Assembly (NCBI RefSeq): GCF_963921235.1
Contig: NC_086097.1
Location: 199,394,001 to 199,458,000, forward strand
Direction: 5' to 3'
Source: Mobula hypostoma
Lineage: Eukaryota
DNA length: 64,000 nucleotides
The notes below the pieces were generated by a model. The model saw only the letters and a program-made list of their open reading frames with translations, did no database searches and was not told where the DNA came from. Below are positions 13,242-25,060 of the stretch, piece by piece. A program made the position numbers and the translations under genes. Position 1 is the first letter of the stretch; the number at the start of each line of letters is the position of its first letter.

Positions 13242-15349
13242 CCCTGGAGTTTAGAGAAGTAGTAAAATTTTATCCTGGCCAAGTAGTCTAGAAATGGGTT
13301 GAGAGGTTAAGACTAAGGAGAGACTTCTGAAACAAACGTTTGCTTGGAATTATGAACATAGAGATAAACAGATTTTTAGAAACATGAAAACGAAGAGTCT
13401 GGAGAGCCCCTGAATTATGTTATCGGAGAATTTTTTTTTTGTCTATGTTTCTGTCCATTCCATTCACAGACCATGATTTAAGGAAATAACAGTTATATCA
13501 ATTTAGTATGGTATGCTGGGAAACGATCAGCCATAATTCCTTAACTAGTGGGACAGACATGAATTTCCAATTGGTCTGCACCTTTATCCTAGATGTTACG
13601 TTATTATGAATCGGAAAGAAGATAATTCTTGCATATATTAATGCCCCAATTATTGCTTGAAAGAATTATAATTTTAAAAGATTAATTGAACAATGTTAGA
13701 GATTGAATCAATCTAATTACATTTTTCTTTTCAACTGTAAATTTTTTTTTAAATGCTATAAGTATTCAAGGTTTCAATTCCTGCATCTTTCAATTAGTCT
13801 GGCAATAAATGACCTGTAATAGCATTTGACATCACTTTCCCTTGGGAGATCACAGAAGAGCTTATTTTAATGAATTGATAACAATAGAGGCCTTTACTAT
13901 GACTAATGCTCCTTATTTATTGAGATGAATGATACCTTTATTCACATAGGACAGGTGCCACGTAAAACAACAATAAAGGTTCCATTTAGAAAACAGGGCT
14001 AGGTACATTTTAAAGTTTAATGGTATTGACAGTGATAAAATATCAATTCAAATAATAAAGACCTGCAGGCAATAATTAGAAATGTAGAAGAATATTAAGT
14101 AATATGGAAAGTGCTAATGAAGGAATAGGCAATTAGTTTTATCCATTGTGCTATTATAAAGAGACGTTTTTTTGAATATTTATCTGTATGAGAGCACCAG
14201 TAGTGCTGCTCCTGATTCTCCGAAGAACTGGGAGTGAATTTCATCGCTTTTTTTGGTATATTCTTTGCACACAATATAAGTAATTGATTGCATTGGTAGG
14301 GAATATTTGGTACGGTTTTCCAGTCCAAAACATCACACATCCTCCACTCAATATCTCCCTATTATCACGTTTGCTTTGCATGGGCTATGTTAGCCATGGC
14401 CCAGTGCCTTTATTTACATGCATTACATCAAGGGCTGGTAAACTACAGCTCATAATATCCTGTTTTAATAATCACAAGCTGTGAAGAAGTATTAACAGTA
14501 AATATTGTAAGGCATGATAATTAGGATCACTTAAGACAATTAAAAAATTTGGAGAGCTCCTGAATTCTGCCATGAAAAATAATTTTCATGTCGAGTTCTG
14601 GCCATCTTTCTATGCAGACCGGGATTTATGTCACACTTCGTCTCACAGAGCCACACCACCAGCAGATTTTTGCCATCCACATGTCCACACAATGACCCTA
14701 TTCCATCCCAACACCTTCTAAAAAAGTCAAAGCATCAGAAGAGTAGACTCTGGCATTCATTATAGCTGCCTTTAGACCATAAGACCATAATATATAGGTG
14801 CAGGATTAAGCCATTTTGCCATCAAGTCTGCTCTGCCAGTTCAACGTGGCTGATCCAAAGTTCCTCTCAATCCCATTCTTCTGCTTTGTCCCCATATCCC
14901 TTCATGCCCTGACCAGTCTAGAATTTATTAACCTCTGCCTAATAGTTGCCTGTGGCATAGAGTTCCACAGATTCACCAAAACTTGGTTAAAGAAATTCCT
15001 CCTCATCTCCATTATAAAAGGATGCCCCTCTATTCTGAGGCTATGTCCTCTGGTCTTATACTCTCTCAACATGGGAAACATCCTCTCCACATCCACTGTA
15101 GCAAAGCCTTTCACCATTCAATAGGTTCCGATGAGGTCTGCCCTCATTCTTCTGAATTCTAGTGAATACAGGCGCAGAGTCATCAAATGCTCTTCATGTG
15201 ACAAGTCATTCAATCCTGAAATTATTTTTGTGACACTCCTTTGAATCTTCTCCAGTTTCAGTGTATCCTTTCTAAGATGAGGGGCCCAATCCTGTTCAAA
15301 ATACTCCAAGTGAGGCTTCATCAATGATTTATAAAGCCTCAAAATGACA

Positions 15350-16117
15350 GGGATGGAGATGGAGTTAAGATGGCGACTCCTTTGCTTGGATCATCGGAAA
15401 CAGCTCTATTTCTATCTTTAATATCTTTATTTTCCCTTTCAGGGTTCTTTTGAAGACCCTGACCTGGAGTTACACACTGACTTCGGTTCTTTGCGGGAAT
15501 GGGACCCATTCTCAGGGTTTCAGGACAGGCATGTCAAGGGATCAGCCTGAGAGGCATCCTAGTGTGCGGAAGCCTAAGATCTCAGGGCTCTGGAGACGGG
15601 TGGATTGAGGGTCGGTGTCACGGCAGGAGATTCGTGTGTCGTCGGGGAGGCCAGACAATCTTTCACTGGGGGCCCGAAGACCTGAGATCATTGCGATCTT
15701 CAGGCACAGAGCTCATAAAAAGCGACAAAACGGACCTTTTAACATTGTAGACCAGCGGGTTGTTGTTATATCTCCTGATTGCTGTGAAAATGGGGGACAC
15801 CTCCCTCTCCCTTATTAGGGAGAGAGAGAATCTGTGGGTCGCCGAATGCTGGATGAATTGTGATAGTCTTTGGGGTAACTGCAAGGTCTGTGTCTTTGCT
15901 ATTGCTTAGCTCACACTTGTGCTCGGTAGCGGGTGCACTTTTTGTTTTGCCAGTGGGGGGGGGAGCTGGGGGGTACCTATGGTGTTCTCACATTTAACTG
16001 ACCTTCATTCTTTGGGCACTTCTCTGTTTTCATGGATGTTTTGCGAACAAACAGCATTTCAGGATGTATATTGTACGCATTTCTCTGACATTAAATTGAA
16101 CCTTTGAACCTTTGAAC
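15350..16117 (+). mobile_element. ~770-bp non-coding retroelement, copy 1
   Basis: AAGATGGCG near the 5' end; ATTAAA plus (GAACCTTT)n tail; splits a CR1; homologous end to end with 23918-24730. Confidence 0.8.
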
Positions 16118-16244
16118 AACCTTGTTTTATATTCTAGTCCTCTTGAAATGAACGCTAATATTTATTTGCCTTCCTTACCAGAGAATCAAACTGCAAATTA
16201 AAATTTAGTGAATCCTGCACAAGAACTCCCAAGTCCCTTTGCAC

Positions 16245-16463
16245 ACACATCAAATTTGCTGGTGAACGCAGCACGCCAGGCAGCATCTCTAGGAAGAGGT
16301 ACAGTCGACGTTTCAGGCCAAGACCCTTCGTCGTCGTCGGCCCGAAGCATCGACTGTACCTCTTCCTAGAGATGCTGCCTAGCCTGCTGCGTTCACCAGC
16401 AAATTTGATGTGTGTTGCTTGAATTTCCAGCATCTGCAGAATTCCTGTTGTTTACGTTTTTAA
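16245..16463 (+). mobile_element. Penelope-like 3'-end fold-back (hairpin) insertion
   Basis: ~80-bp inverted arms; perfect 14-bp TSD AAGTCCCTTTGCAC (16231-16244 / 16464-16477). Confidence 0.88.
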
Positions 16464-17506
16464 AAGTCCCTTTGCACCTCAGTTTTTTGTATTTTTGCTC
16501 AGTTTAGAAAGTAGTTAACCCTTTCATTTCTTCTAAGTGCATGACCATTCACTTCCTGACACTGTTTTCCATGTGCCAATTCTTTGCCCATTCTCCTAAT
16601 CTAAGTCCTTTTGTAGCCTCTCTACTTCATCAAAACTATCTGCCCCTCTACCTATCTTCATGTCATCTGCAAACAAAGCCATCAATTCCATCATCCAAAT
16701 CATTGACATATAATGTAAAAAGAATTGGTCCCAACACAGACCTTTGTGTAACATCACTAGTCAATGGCAGGCAGCCAGAACAGTCTCCCTTTATTCCCAC
16801 TCTTTGTCTGTTGTCAATCAGCCACTACTTTATGCTAGAATCTTCCCTGTAATACCACGGACTCGTAGCTTGTTAATAGCCTAATGTATGGAACCATGTC
16901 AAAGGACTTCTGAAAATGCAAGTACACAACATCAACAGATTCTTTATTGTCTGTACTGCTTGTTATTTCTTCAAATAATTCCAACAGATTTGTCGGGCAA
17001 CAATTTCCCTTGAGGAAACCATGCTGACTATGGCGTATTTTATCGTGTGCCTCCAAATACCCTGAAATGTTACCCTTAATAATAAACTCTAACATCTTCC
17101 CAACCACTGAGGTCATACTGGCCTATAGTTTCCATTCTTCTGTCTCTCTCCCTTCTTGAAGAGTGGAGTGAAATTTGCAATTTTCCAGTCTTTTGGATCC
17201 ATTCCAGAATCTAGAGATTCTTGACAGGTCATTAATACATGCCTTCACAATCTCTTCAAGCACCTTTTCAGAACTATGGGGTGTGCACCATCTGGTCCAG
17301 GTGACTTATGAACATGAAAGGCAGATAAGCAACGTAGAAGAACAGACAGTACCTTTGACATATGGAGACATACAGACTGCAAATGCTGGGATCTGGAGCG
17401 ATAAAAATAATAATAAATGGCTGGGAGAACTCAGCATTTGTGGAGAAAAAGGCATGTCAAGACCCTACATCTGGACTGAGAGTGTAGAGGGGACACTCTC
17501 ATAAAG

Positions 17507-20128
17507 TAACACTAAGGGGCAGAAGACACTGGTGGGAGTTGTGTACAGGCCACCTAACAGTAGTAGTGAGGTTGGAGATGGTATTAAACAGGAAATTAGA
17601 AATGTGTTCAATAAAAGAACAGCAGTTATAATGGGTGACTTCAATCTACATGTAGATTGGGTGAACCAAATTGGTAAAGGTGCTGAGGAAGAGGATTTCT
17701 TGGAATGTATGCGGGATGGTTTTTTGAACCAACATGTCGAGGAACCAACTAGAGATCAGGCTATTCTGGACTGGGTTTTGAGCAATGAGGAAGGGTTAAT
17801 TAGCGATCTTGTCGTGAGAGGCCCCTTGGGTAAGAGTGACCATAATATGGTGGAATTCTTCATTAAGATGGAGAGTGACATAGTTAATTCAGAAACAAAG
17901 GTTATGAACTTAAAGAGGGGTAACTTTAAATGTATGAGACGTGAATTAGCTAAGATAGACTGGCAAATGACACTTAAAGGATTGACGGTGGATATGCAAT
18001 GGCAAGCATTTAAAGGTTGCATGGATGAACTACCACAATTGTTCATCCCAGCTTGGCAAAAGAATAAATCAAGGAAGGTAGTACACCCGTGGCTGACAAG
18101 AGAAATTAGGGATAGTATCAATTCCAAAGAAGAAGCATACAAATTAGCCAGAGAAAGTGGCTCACCTGAGGACTGGGAGAAATTCAGAGTTCAGCAGAGG
18201 AGGACAAAGGGCTTAATTAGGAAGGGGAAAAAAGATTATGAGAGAAAACTGGCAGGGAACATAAAAACGGACTGTAAAAGCTTTTATAGATATGTAAAAA
18301 GGAAAAGACTGGTAAAGACAAATGTAGGTCCCCTGCAGACAGAAACAGGTGAATTGATTATGGGGAGCAAGGACATGGCAGACCAATTGAATAATTACTT
18401 TGGTTCTGTCTTCACGAAGGAGTACATAAATAATCTTCCAGAAATAGTAGGGGACAGAGGGTCCAGTGAGATGGAGGAACTGAGCGAAATACATGTTAGT
18501 AGGGAAGTGGTGTTAGCTAAATTGAAGGGATTGAAGGCAGATAAATCCCCAGGGCCAGATGGTCTGCATCCTAGAGTGCTTAAGGAAGTAGCCCAAGAAA
18601 TAGTGGATGCATTAGTGATAATTTTTCAAAACTCGTTAGATTCTGGACTAGTTCCTGAGGATTGGAGGGTGGCTAATGTAACTCCACTTTTTAAAAAAGG
18701 AGGGAGAGAGAAACCGGGGAATTATAGACCGGTTAGCCTAACGTCGGTGGTGGAGAAACTGCTGAAGTCAGTTATCAAGGATGTGATAGCAGCACATTTG
18801 GAAAGCGATGAAATGATCGGACAAAGTCAGCATGGATTTGTGAAAGGAAAATCATGTCTGACGAATCTCACAGAATTTTTTGAGGATGTAACTAGTAGAC
18901 TGGATAGGGGAGAACCAGTGGATGTGGTATATTTGGATTTTCAAAAGGCTTTTGACAAGGTCCCACACAGGAGATTAGTGTGCAAACTTAAAGCACACGG
19001 TATTGGGGGTAAGGTATTGGTGTGGGTGGAGAATTGGTTAGCAGACAGGAAGCAAAGAGTGGGAATAAATGGGACCTTTTCAGAATGGCAGGCGGTGACT
19101 AGTGGGGTACCGCAAGGCTCAGTGCTGGGACCCCAGTTGTTTACAATATATATTAATGACTTGGATGAGGGAATTAAATGCAGCATCTCCAAGTTTGTGG
19201 ATGACACAAAGCTGGGTGGCAGTGTTAGCTGTGAGGAGGATGCTAAGAGGATGCAGGGTGACTTGGATAGGTTGGGTCAGTGGGCAAATTCATGGCAGAT
19301 GCAATTTAATGTGGATAAATGTGAAGTTATCCACTTTGGTGGCAAAAATAGGAAAACAGATTATTATCTGAATGGTGGCCGATTAGGAAAAGGGGAGGTG
19401 CAACGAGACCTGGGTGTCATTATACACCAGTCATTGAAAGTGGGCATGCAGGTACAGCAGGCGGTGAAAAAGGCGAATGGTATGCTGGCATTTATAGCGA
19501 GAGGATTCGAGTACAGGAGCAGGGAGGTACTACTGCAGTTGTACAAGGTCTTGGTGAGACCACACCTGGAGTATTGTGTGCAGTTTTGGTCCCCTAATCT
19601 GAGGAAAGACATCCTTGCCATAGAGGGAGTACAAAGAAGGTTCACCAGATTGATTCCTGGGATGGCAGGACTTTCATATGAAGAAAGACTGGATGAACTG
19701 GGCTTGTACTCGCTGGAATTTAGAAGATTGAGGGGGGATCTGATTGAAACGTATAATTTCCTAAAGGGATTGGACAGGCTAGATGCAGGAAGATTGTTCC
19801 CGATGTTGGGGAAGTCCAGAACGAGGGACCACAGTTTGAGGATAGAGGGGAAGCTTTTTAGGACCGAGATTAGGAAAAACTTCTTCACACAGAGAGTGGT
19901 GAATCTGTGGAATTCTTTGCCGCAGGAAACAGTTGAGGCCAGATCATTGGCTGTATTTAAGAGGGAGTTAGATATGGCCCTTGTGGCTACGGGGGTCAGG
20001 GGGTATGGAGGGAAGGCTGGGAGGGGTTCTGAGTTGGAGAATCAGCCATGATCATAACAAATGGCGGTGCAGGCTCGAAGGGCCGAATGGCCTACTCCTG
20101 CACCTATTTTCTATGTTTCTATGTTTCT
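17507..20128 (+). mobile_element. Young 5'-truncated CR1 LINE
   Basis: Uninterrupted ORF2; (TTTCTATG)n tail; 6-bp TSD ATAAAG at 17501-17506 / 20129-20134. Confidence 0.96.
17532..20051 (+). CDS. CR1 ORF2 (partial APE endonuclease + reverse transcriptase), 839 aa open, N-terminally truncated
   Basis: YRPPNS, MGDFN, SDHN, NYRPVSLTSV, YLDFQKAFDKVPH, GVPQGSVLGP, KFVDD. Confidence 0.9.
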   Translation: MGVVYRPPNSSSEVGDGIKQEIRNVFNKRTAVIMGDFNLHVDWVNQIGKGAEEEDFLECMRDGFLNQHVEEPTRDQAILDWVLSNEEGLISDLVVRGPLGKSDHNMVEFFIKMESDIVNSETKVMNLKRGNFKCMRRELAKIDWQMTLKGLTVDMQWQAFKGCMDELPQLFIPAWQKNKSRKVVHPWLTREIRDSINSKEEAYKLARESGSPEDWEKFRVQQRRTKGLIRKGKKDYERKLAGNIKTDCKSFYRYVKRKRLVKTNVGPLQTETGELIMGSKDMADQLNNYFGSVFTKEYINNLPEIVGDRGSSEMEELSEIHVSREVVLAKLKGLKADKSPGPDGLHPRVLKEVAQEIVDALVIIFQNSLDSGLVPEDWRVANVTPLFKKGGREKPGNYRPVSLTSVVEKLLKSVIKDVIAAHLESDEMIGQSQHGFVKGKSCLTNLTEFFEDVTSRLDRGEPVDVVYLDFQKAFDKVPHRRLVCKLKAHGIGGKVLVWVENWLADRKQRVGINGTFSEWQAVTSGVPQGSVLGPQLFTIYINDLDEGIKCSISKFVDDTKLGGSVSCEEDAKRMQGDLDRLGQWANSWQMQFNVDKCEVIHFGGKNRKTDYYLNGGRLGKGEVQRDLGVIIHQSLKVGMQVQQAVKKANGMLAFIARGFEYRSREVLLQLYKVLVRPHLEYCVQFWSPNLRKDILAIEGVQRRFTRLIPGMAGLSYEERLDELGLYSLEFRRLRGDLIETYNFLKGLDRLDAGRLFPMLGKSRTRDHSLRIEGKLFRTEIRKNFFTQRVVNLWNSLPQETVEARSLAVFKRELDMALVATGVRGYGGKAGRGSELENQP

Positions 20129-20699
20129 ATAAAGAGATGAAGGGAATGGTGAGCCATGGACAGGCAGGTAATAAGTGAAAATATTCAGGAGGGAGATAAT
20201 GGGAAGGTGGAGCCAGGTAGGGGAGAGGAAAGTCAAGGTAGAGTCAGAGACTGGAAGACAATCAAGTGCAAACGACATTACCTTAGTATTGCACTGTCTT
20301 TCAAATATCACTTTCTGAAATACAACATGGCAGGTTGTTCAGGTGGTTGAAGACCTTACTTGGGAGATATGTGTGTTTCATTAAATAGCTGATGGACCAC
20401 CTTGGAACCAGCTGTATGAAGATCATCAGACACAATTCCTCTGTACTGATCTCTCTCTCCCTATGAAGATGAGCATTAGGCTCATCTTAAGGACCACTTA
20501 TACATTAATAAGCCAAAGGGATTCCCATAATATCAATCAGCCAGAAACAATTATAGAACATTACTCAGATGATAATAGCACTTCACAGGAGAACTGAAAA
20601 ATTCATCAGGTTTGGTATCACAGAATGACAACTGGGATACTGGGCTGTCAGTTTTAGTGCAGGGTAAAACTGAGGTGACCATGTGGATAGGTGGTAAGC

Positions 20700-22620
20700 A
20701 AGCTAATCTGGTTTAAGGGACCTTGACTACGGAGAGATATTAAGATTCTCATCAAAATAAGAAGGAAGCATACATTGGGTTTAGGAAATTGGGAGCACAA
20801 TGAATCCTTTGCTGACTATGAAAAGATTAAGAGTACTCTTGGGAGGGGAATCAGGAGGGCAAAGAGAGGGCATGAGAGGGCATGAGAGGCGTAAGGTTAA
20901 GGAAAATCTCAAGGGGCTCTCTAGCCATATTAAGTGAATGGGATCAGTTAGAGAGTGAGAATGTAGATCAAAGCGTTTTTATGTTTTTAGTCAATGCCAG
21001 AATCACACCACCAACCTCCATTCCAATCAACAACAAAACCTAGAAATGAAGCTAAACAAAGGGAATTCCAAAACAGAAAGAACATGATTTTGTTTTCAGA
21101 ATAATTTAATACTCTGGCTAAAATAACTAATGTTAGACTACTGAGCACTTTCAAGCAGCCAAGGCAACTAACTGCATGTACAGTCAGTAAGCTCTTTGAC
21201 CTTAAATCTATTAGTTTAAAAGTAGCAGTAGAACAGGTTAGGACAGTTTAGGGCTCTGATCTACAGATTAAGGTCCGAAACTGGAGCAAGGCTACTTTTG
21301 GGAGAAATAAGCACGATCCAGCAGAGGTCAATTGAGAGCCTGTTTGCGGGAAGGCAGAGCAAGTGGGAGGCATCTAGGGGTGTGATATTAAGAGCTTAGG
21401 AACAGCAATTTTTCCTGTTAGGGTGAAGGGTAAAATTGTCAAATTTAGAGAGCCTGAGTGAGTGAAAGATGTTAAGGTTCTGGTCAAAAAAAGAAGGATG
21501 CATAGGTTAGATTAGGAGATTTGAAGACAAGTGAATCCCTTGATGACTATGAATAGATTAAGAATACTCTCAAGAACGGAATCAGATTGGCAAAGAGAAG
21601 GTATGAGAGACATATGGTAGATAAGGTTAAGGAAAATCTCAAGGGGATCCATTGCTCTATTAGGACTAAATGGGTGACTCAAGAGAGTAGGTCAACAGGG
21701 ACACCTATGTGTGAGCTCCAGTAGATAGGTGTGAGTTTTAATGAATATTTCTTCTCAGTGTTTACTGAAGAGAAAATCATGGTTGCTCAAGAGATAATGG
21801 AAACAAGTGGAGATGTTTTTGAGGGCATTTGTATTACCAGAAAGGGGTAAGTACAGCTTGAAGGAGGATAATTCCCCAGGACCTAGCAGAGTATGTACAT
21901 CCTCAGACTTTGTGGGAGACCCAGAGAAGCGAATGCAGAGAGCCCTGTGGAGATGTTTCCTTCATTGTTAGCCACGGGTGACATTCTCAAAGACTAGAAG
22001 GTGGTGAATGTTGTTCTGTTGCTTAAGGAGGATAACAAGCTCAAGCCAAGGATGTACACACACCAGTCAGCCTGACATTAGTAATAGGGAAGGAATTCTG
22101 AGGAACAGGATCTCCCAGCATTAAGTTAGAGAGAGTCTGATTAGGAGGAGTCAGCATGGATTTGTGCATAGAAAGCTATGCTTGATGAACCCTTTAAACA
22201 TTTTTGATGATATAACCAAAAAGTAGACGAAGGTTGGGCAATAATATTGTCTATTTGGATTTTATCAAGACCTTCAACTAACATGGCAGGCATGTTTGGA
22301 AGTTTAAATCCTATGTGAACTCCAGACAGAGCACATTGGGTGGATTCAAAACTGATTCAGGGGTTGGAAACAGAGACTGGTGGTTGTAGATTGATTCCCA
22401 GAATGGAGACCAGTGACTTGTGGTGTCCTGCAGAGGTCGGTGTTGGAATCCTTGTCATTTATTACTTATAAAACTGATTTGGATGTGAATGCACTTTGCC
22501 TGATTAGTAAGTTTGCAGATGACATGAAATAAGGAGATGTTGGTGATAATAAATAAGTTTATGATAGATAACAGGGGGATCTTGTTCAGTTAGGAAAGTA
22601 GCCAAGGTATGGTAACAGTC
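20700..22620 (+). mobile_element. Old, heavily decayed CR1 with a partial internal duplication
   Basis: Remnants of VKENLKG (twice, at ~20895 and ~21625), SQHGFV, GVLQ.SVL and SKFADD. Confidence 0.75.
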
Positions 22621-22961
22621 TTCTGCAACTTGGAAAAAGCCTCAAGAATTTCACAATCGTAGCAATGGAGGAAAATAAAATACAACCAAGCCCTGTGTTG
22701 TTTGTAAACCATGTGTTTGACTGCTTAATGAATTTTCAGTTGTGCAAATTTAAAGCAATGTACAGTACAGGTTGGAGAACTCAGCTCCAAAATAGAAGCA
22801 CTAACATTAGGGGAATGCCTACTTTGTCTGGGGGCAACTTTGATAGTAAAGAAATTCAGTGACTCAAGTGTTTAAGAGAACATTAGCTTCATGTGTGTAA
22901 ATACTTCTCACTCTTTGCAAGCATATCAAAAGCTACTTAGGTCCCCAGGTAGATTTAGTAA

Positions 22962-23041
22962 TATAATGAATGGATCTATTTCTTTTAGAGCAATGACTCC
23001 CCTTAGCACTGCGTATGATCTGTTGTCTACACATGCACATT

Positions 23042-23081
<40 letters not shown>

Positions 23082-23162
23082 CCAGCACTGTGAATACACC
23101 AGTTAAAGCCATTCCCTGCGTGTGCGCTTTTATTTTACTTGATATGTACTTGCACAGACACA
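22962..23162 (+). repeat. 5' LTR of Gypsy element 1
   Basis: Direct repeat of 28012-28208; ends ...CAGACACA; followed by the PBS; contains a (CT)n tract. Confidence 0.9.
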
Positions 23163-23917
23163 GTAAATTGGTGATGAGTACAAACTTGAATGTCAAAAAA
23201 TATCATAGACTGCACCAACAGTTACGGGATGAAACAGAGAGAAGAAAGAGTTAAACAGTACAGAAGCCGTTATGGACGCTAACAAAGGGATACGTGAGTA
23301 CTCAGTGAAAGATGCGTAACTAGCAAAAGTAAAAGTAAAAATAATGTGGCAATGTCTTTAGCTGGGAAAGTTGATGAATTTGATAGCTCTAATGAAGGCT
23401 GGGAGTCATATATTGAGCAGGTGGAACTGGATTATAACGCGAACAATATGGTGGAGCTGAAGAAAGCCCCCGCTCTTAGCTTAATGGGTCCTTGGATGTA
23501 CAGTTTCTTATGCAACTTAGTAACTCCTGAAAAGGCAGCAAGTAAGACATTCAACAAAATGTTAGAATTTTACAAGATCACTTGAGCCCTAAACCACTGG
23601 TAATAGCTAAGAGATTTAGGTTTTTCAAAAGGAACCAATCAAAGGATGAAAGCATTTCTGAATACATTGTGGAATTGCACAAATTTGCCCAATACTGTGA
23701 CTTTAGAGAATAACTTTCTGATGCATTAAGGGACAGGTTTGTATGTGGCAAGTATAGTCGAAGTGCTCAAAAGAGGTTACTGGCAGAAAGAGACCTAACC
23801 TTAGAACAAGTATTGACCATTGCAATATTGTTAAAGGCTTCAGCAAAGGATGCGCAGAACTACAGAAAAAGAGGTGAGAATGTGAACTGGACAAAATGTT
23901 CCTGAATGGTGCAAAAA

Positions 23918-24730
23918 GAAGGTGGAGCTTGGGAGGGTGAATGGCACCTAACAGCGACTCCTTTACTTGCATCTTTGGAAACAGTACTATTTCTATTCGT
24001 ATCTCCATATTTTCCTTTCACGATTCTTTTGAAGAGCCTGACCTGGTGTTATACACTGACTACTGTTCTTTGCAGGAATGGAACCTGCTCTCGGGGTTTC
24101 ACAACTGGCCATTATTCAGCACGCCAAGGGCTTGGCCTAAGAGTCCGGCTCGCCTTTGGAGGCATAGGATCTTGGGGCTTTGGAGGTGGGTGTACCGAAG
24201 GTCGGCATCATGGCAGGAGATCTGTGTGTCATCAGAGGAGTTAGAAGATCTATGGCTTTCCGCTCAGAGACCCAAGATCTTTGGGCACAGAGCTCAAAAA
24301 AAGTGATGCAACGGACTTTTAACGTCATAAACCAGCGAGTTGTTTGTTACGTCTCCCCTCTTGCTGTGAATCAAAGGCACCTCTTTCTCCCTTATTAGGG
24401 AGAGAGAGAGCCTGCGGTATGTCAAATGCTGGGTGAACAATGCAGTATTTGGAGTACTGCAAGTTTGTGTCTTTACTGTTGCTTTGCTCACGCTTGAGTG
24501 CTCCGTGGTGGGTACCGATGATTTTTTTTTGCTGGTGGGGCAAGGGGAGATTGTTGTTTGCTGCCGTTTAAACGAGGGAGGGAGGGGTGCTGGGGGGGGT
24601 TACTTTGGGGTTCTAAGCTATAACTGTCGTTCATTCTTTGGGGCACTTCTCTTCGTGGATGGTTGTGAAGAAAAAGCATTTCAGGATGTATATTGTATAC
24701 ATTTCTCTGACATTAAATTGTACCTTTGAA
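23918..24730 (+). mobile_element. ~800-bp non-coding retroelement, copy 2 (nested in Gypsy gag)
   Basis: Shares GCGACTCCTTT, CTCCCTTATTAGGGAGAGAGAGA and GCATTTCAGGATGTATATTGTAC..CTCTGACATTAAATTG with 15350-16117. Confidence 0.8.
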
Positions 24731-25060
24731 GCCAAAATGTTGTCAATGTGGCAGATCATCTCATGAAGAGTCAAGCTGGAAGTTCCTCACAAGAAACTGT
24801 CCCAGTATAATTGTCACGTCTTTGGCATCGCCAAGCTCAGGCAATGTGGCAAAGAGCAATGGATCAGGTGCTCCAAGATGTCCCAGGAACACAATGTTAC
24901 CTTGATATCAACGTGACTGGTAAGAATGATGAAGAGCACCTGCAGAATCTTGGTAAAGTTCTTACAAGACTGAGTGAGTATACCATGCGCAAAGAGAGAA
25001 ATGTGAGTTTTTCAAGAATGAAACCTCATATCGTGGACATGTCATTGACAAGCATGGCTT

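Larger units (their letters stand above)
14775..17310 (-). mobile_element. CR1 LINE, decayed, carrying two nested insertions
   Basis: Tail (AGACCATA)2 at ~14775; minus-strand ORFs LYSLEFRRMR, MTSVVGKMLE..QHGFLKG. Confidence 0.9.
17360..20270 (-). mobile_element. Decayed Penelope-like 3' end, split by the young CR1
   Basis: CTGCAAATGCTGG..GAACTCAGCA..AGACCCT at 17375-17480; purine-rich continuation after 20134. Confidence 0.5.

Noticed and set aside
14095..14484. Short ORFs in unique sequence
   Set aside because: No recognisable domains or convincing splice signals
19364..19888. 174-aa antisense ORF, and similar ORFs opposite LINEs or across microsatellites
   Set aside because: Shadow ORFs of retroelement coding strands or simple repeats
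20466..20490. Small hairpin AAGATGAGC-ATTAG-GCTCATCTT
   Set aside because: Isolated 9-bp stem with no context; could be chance
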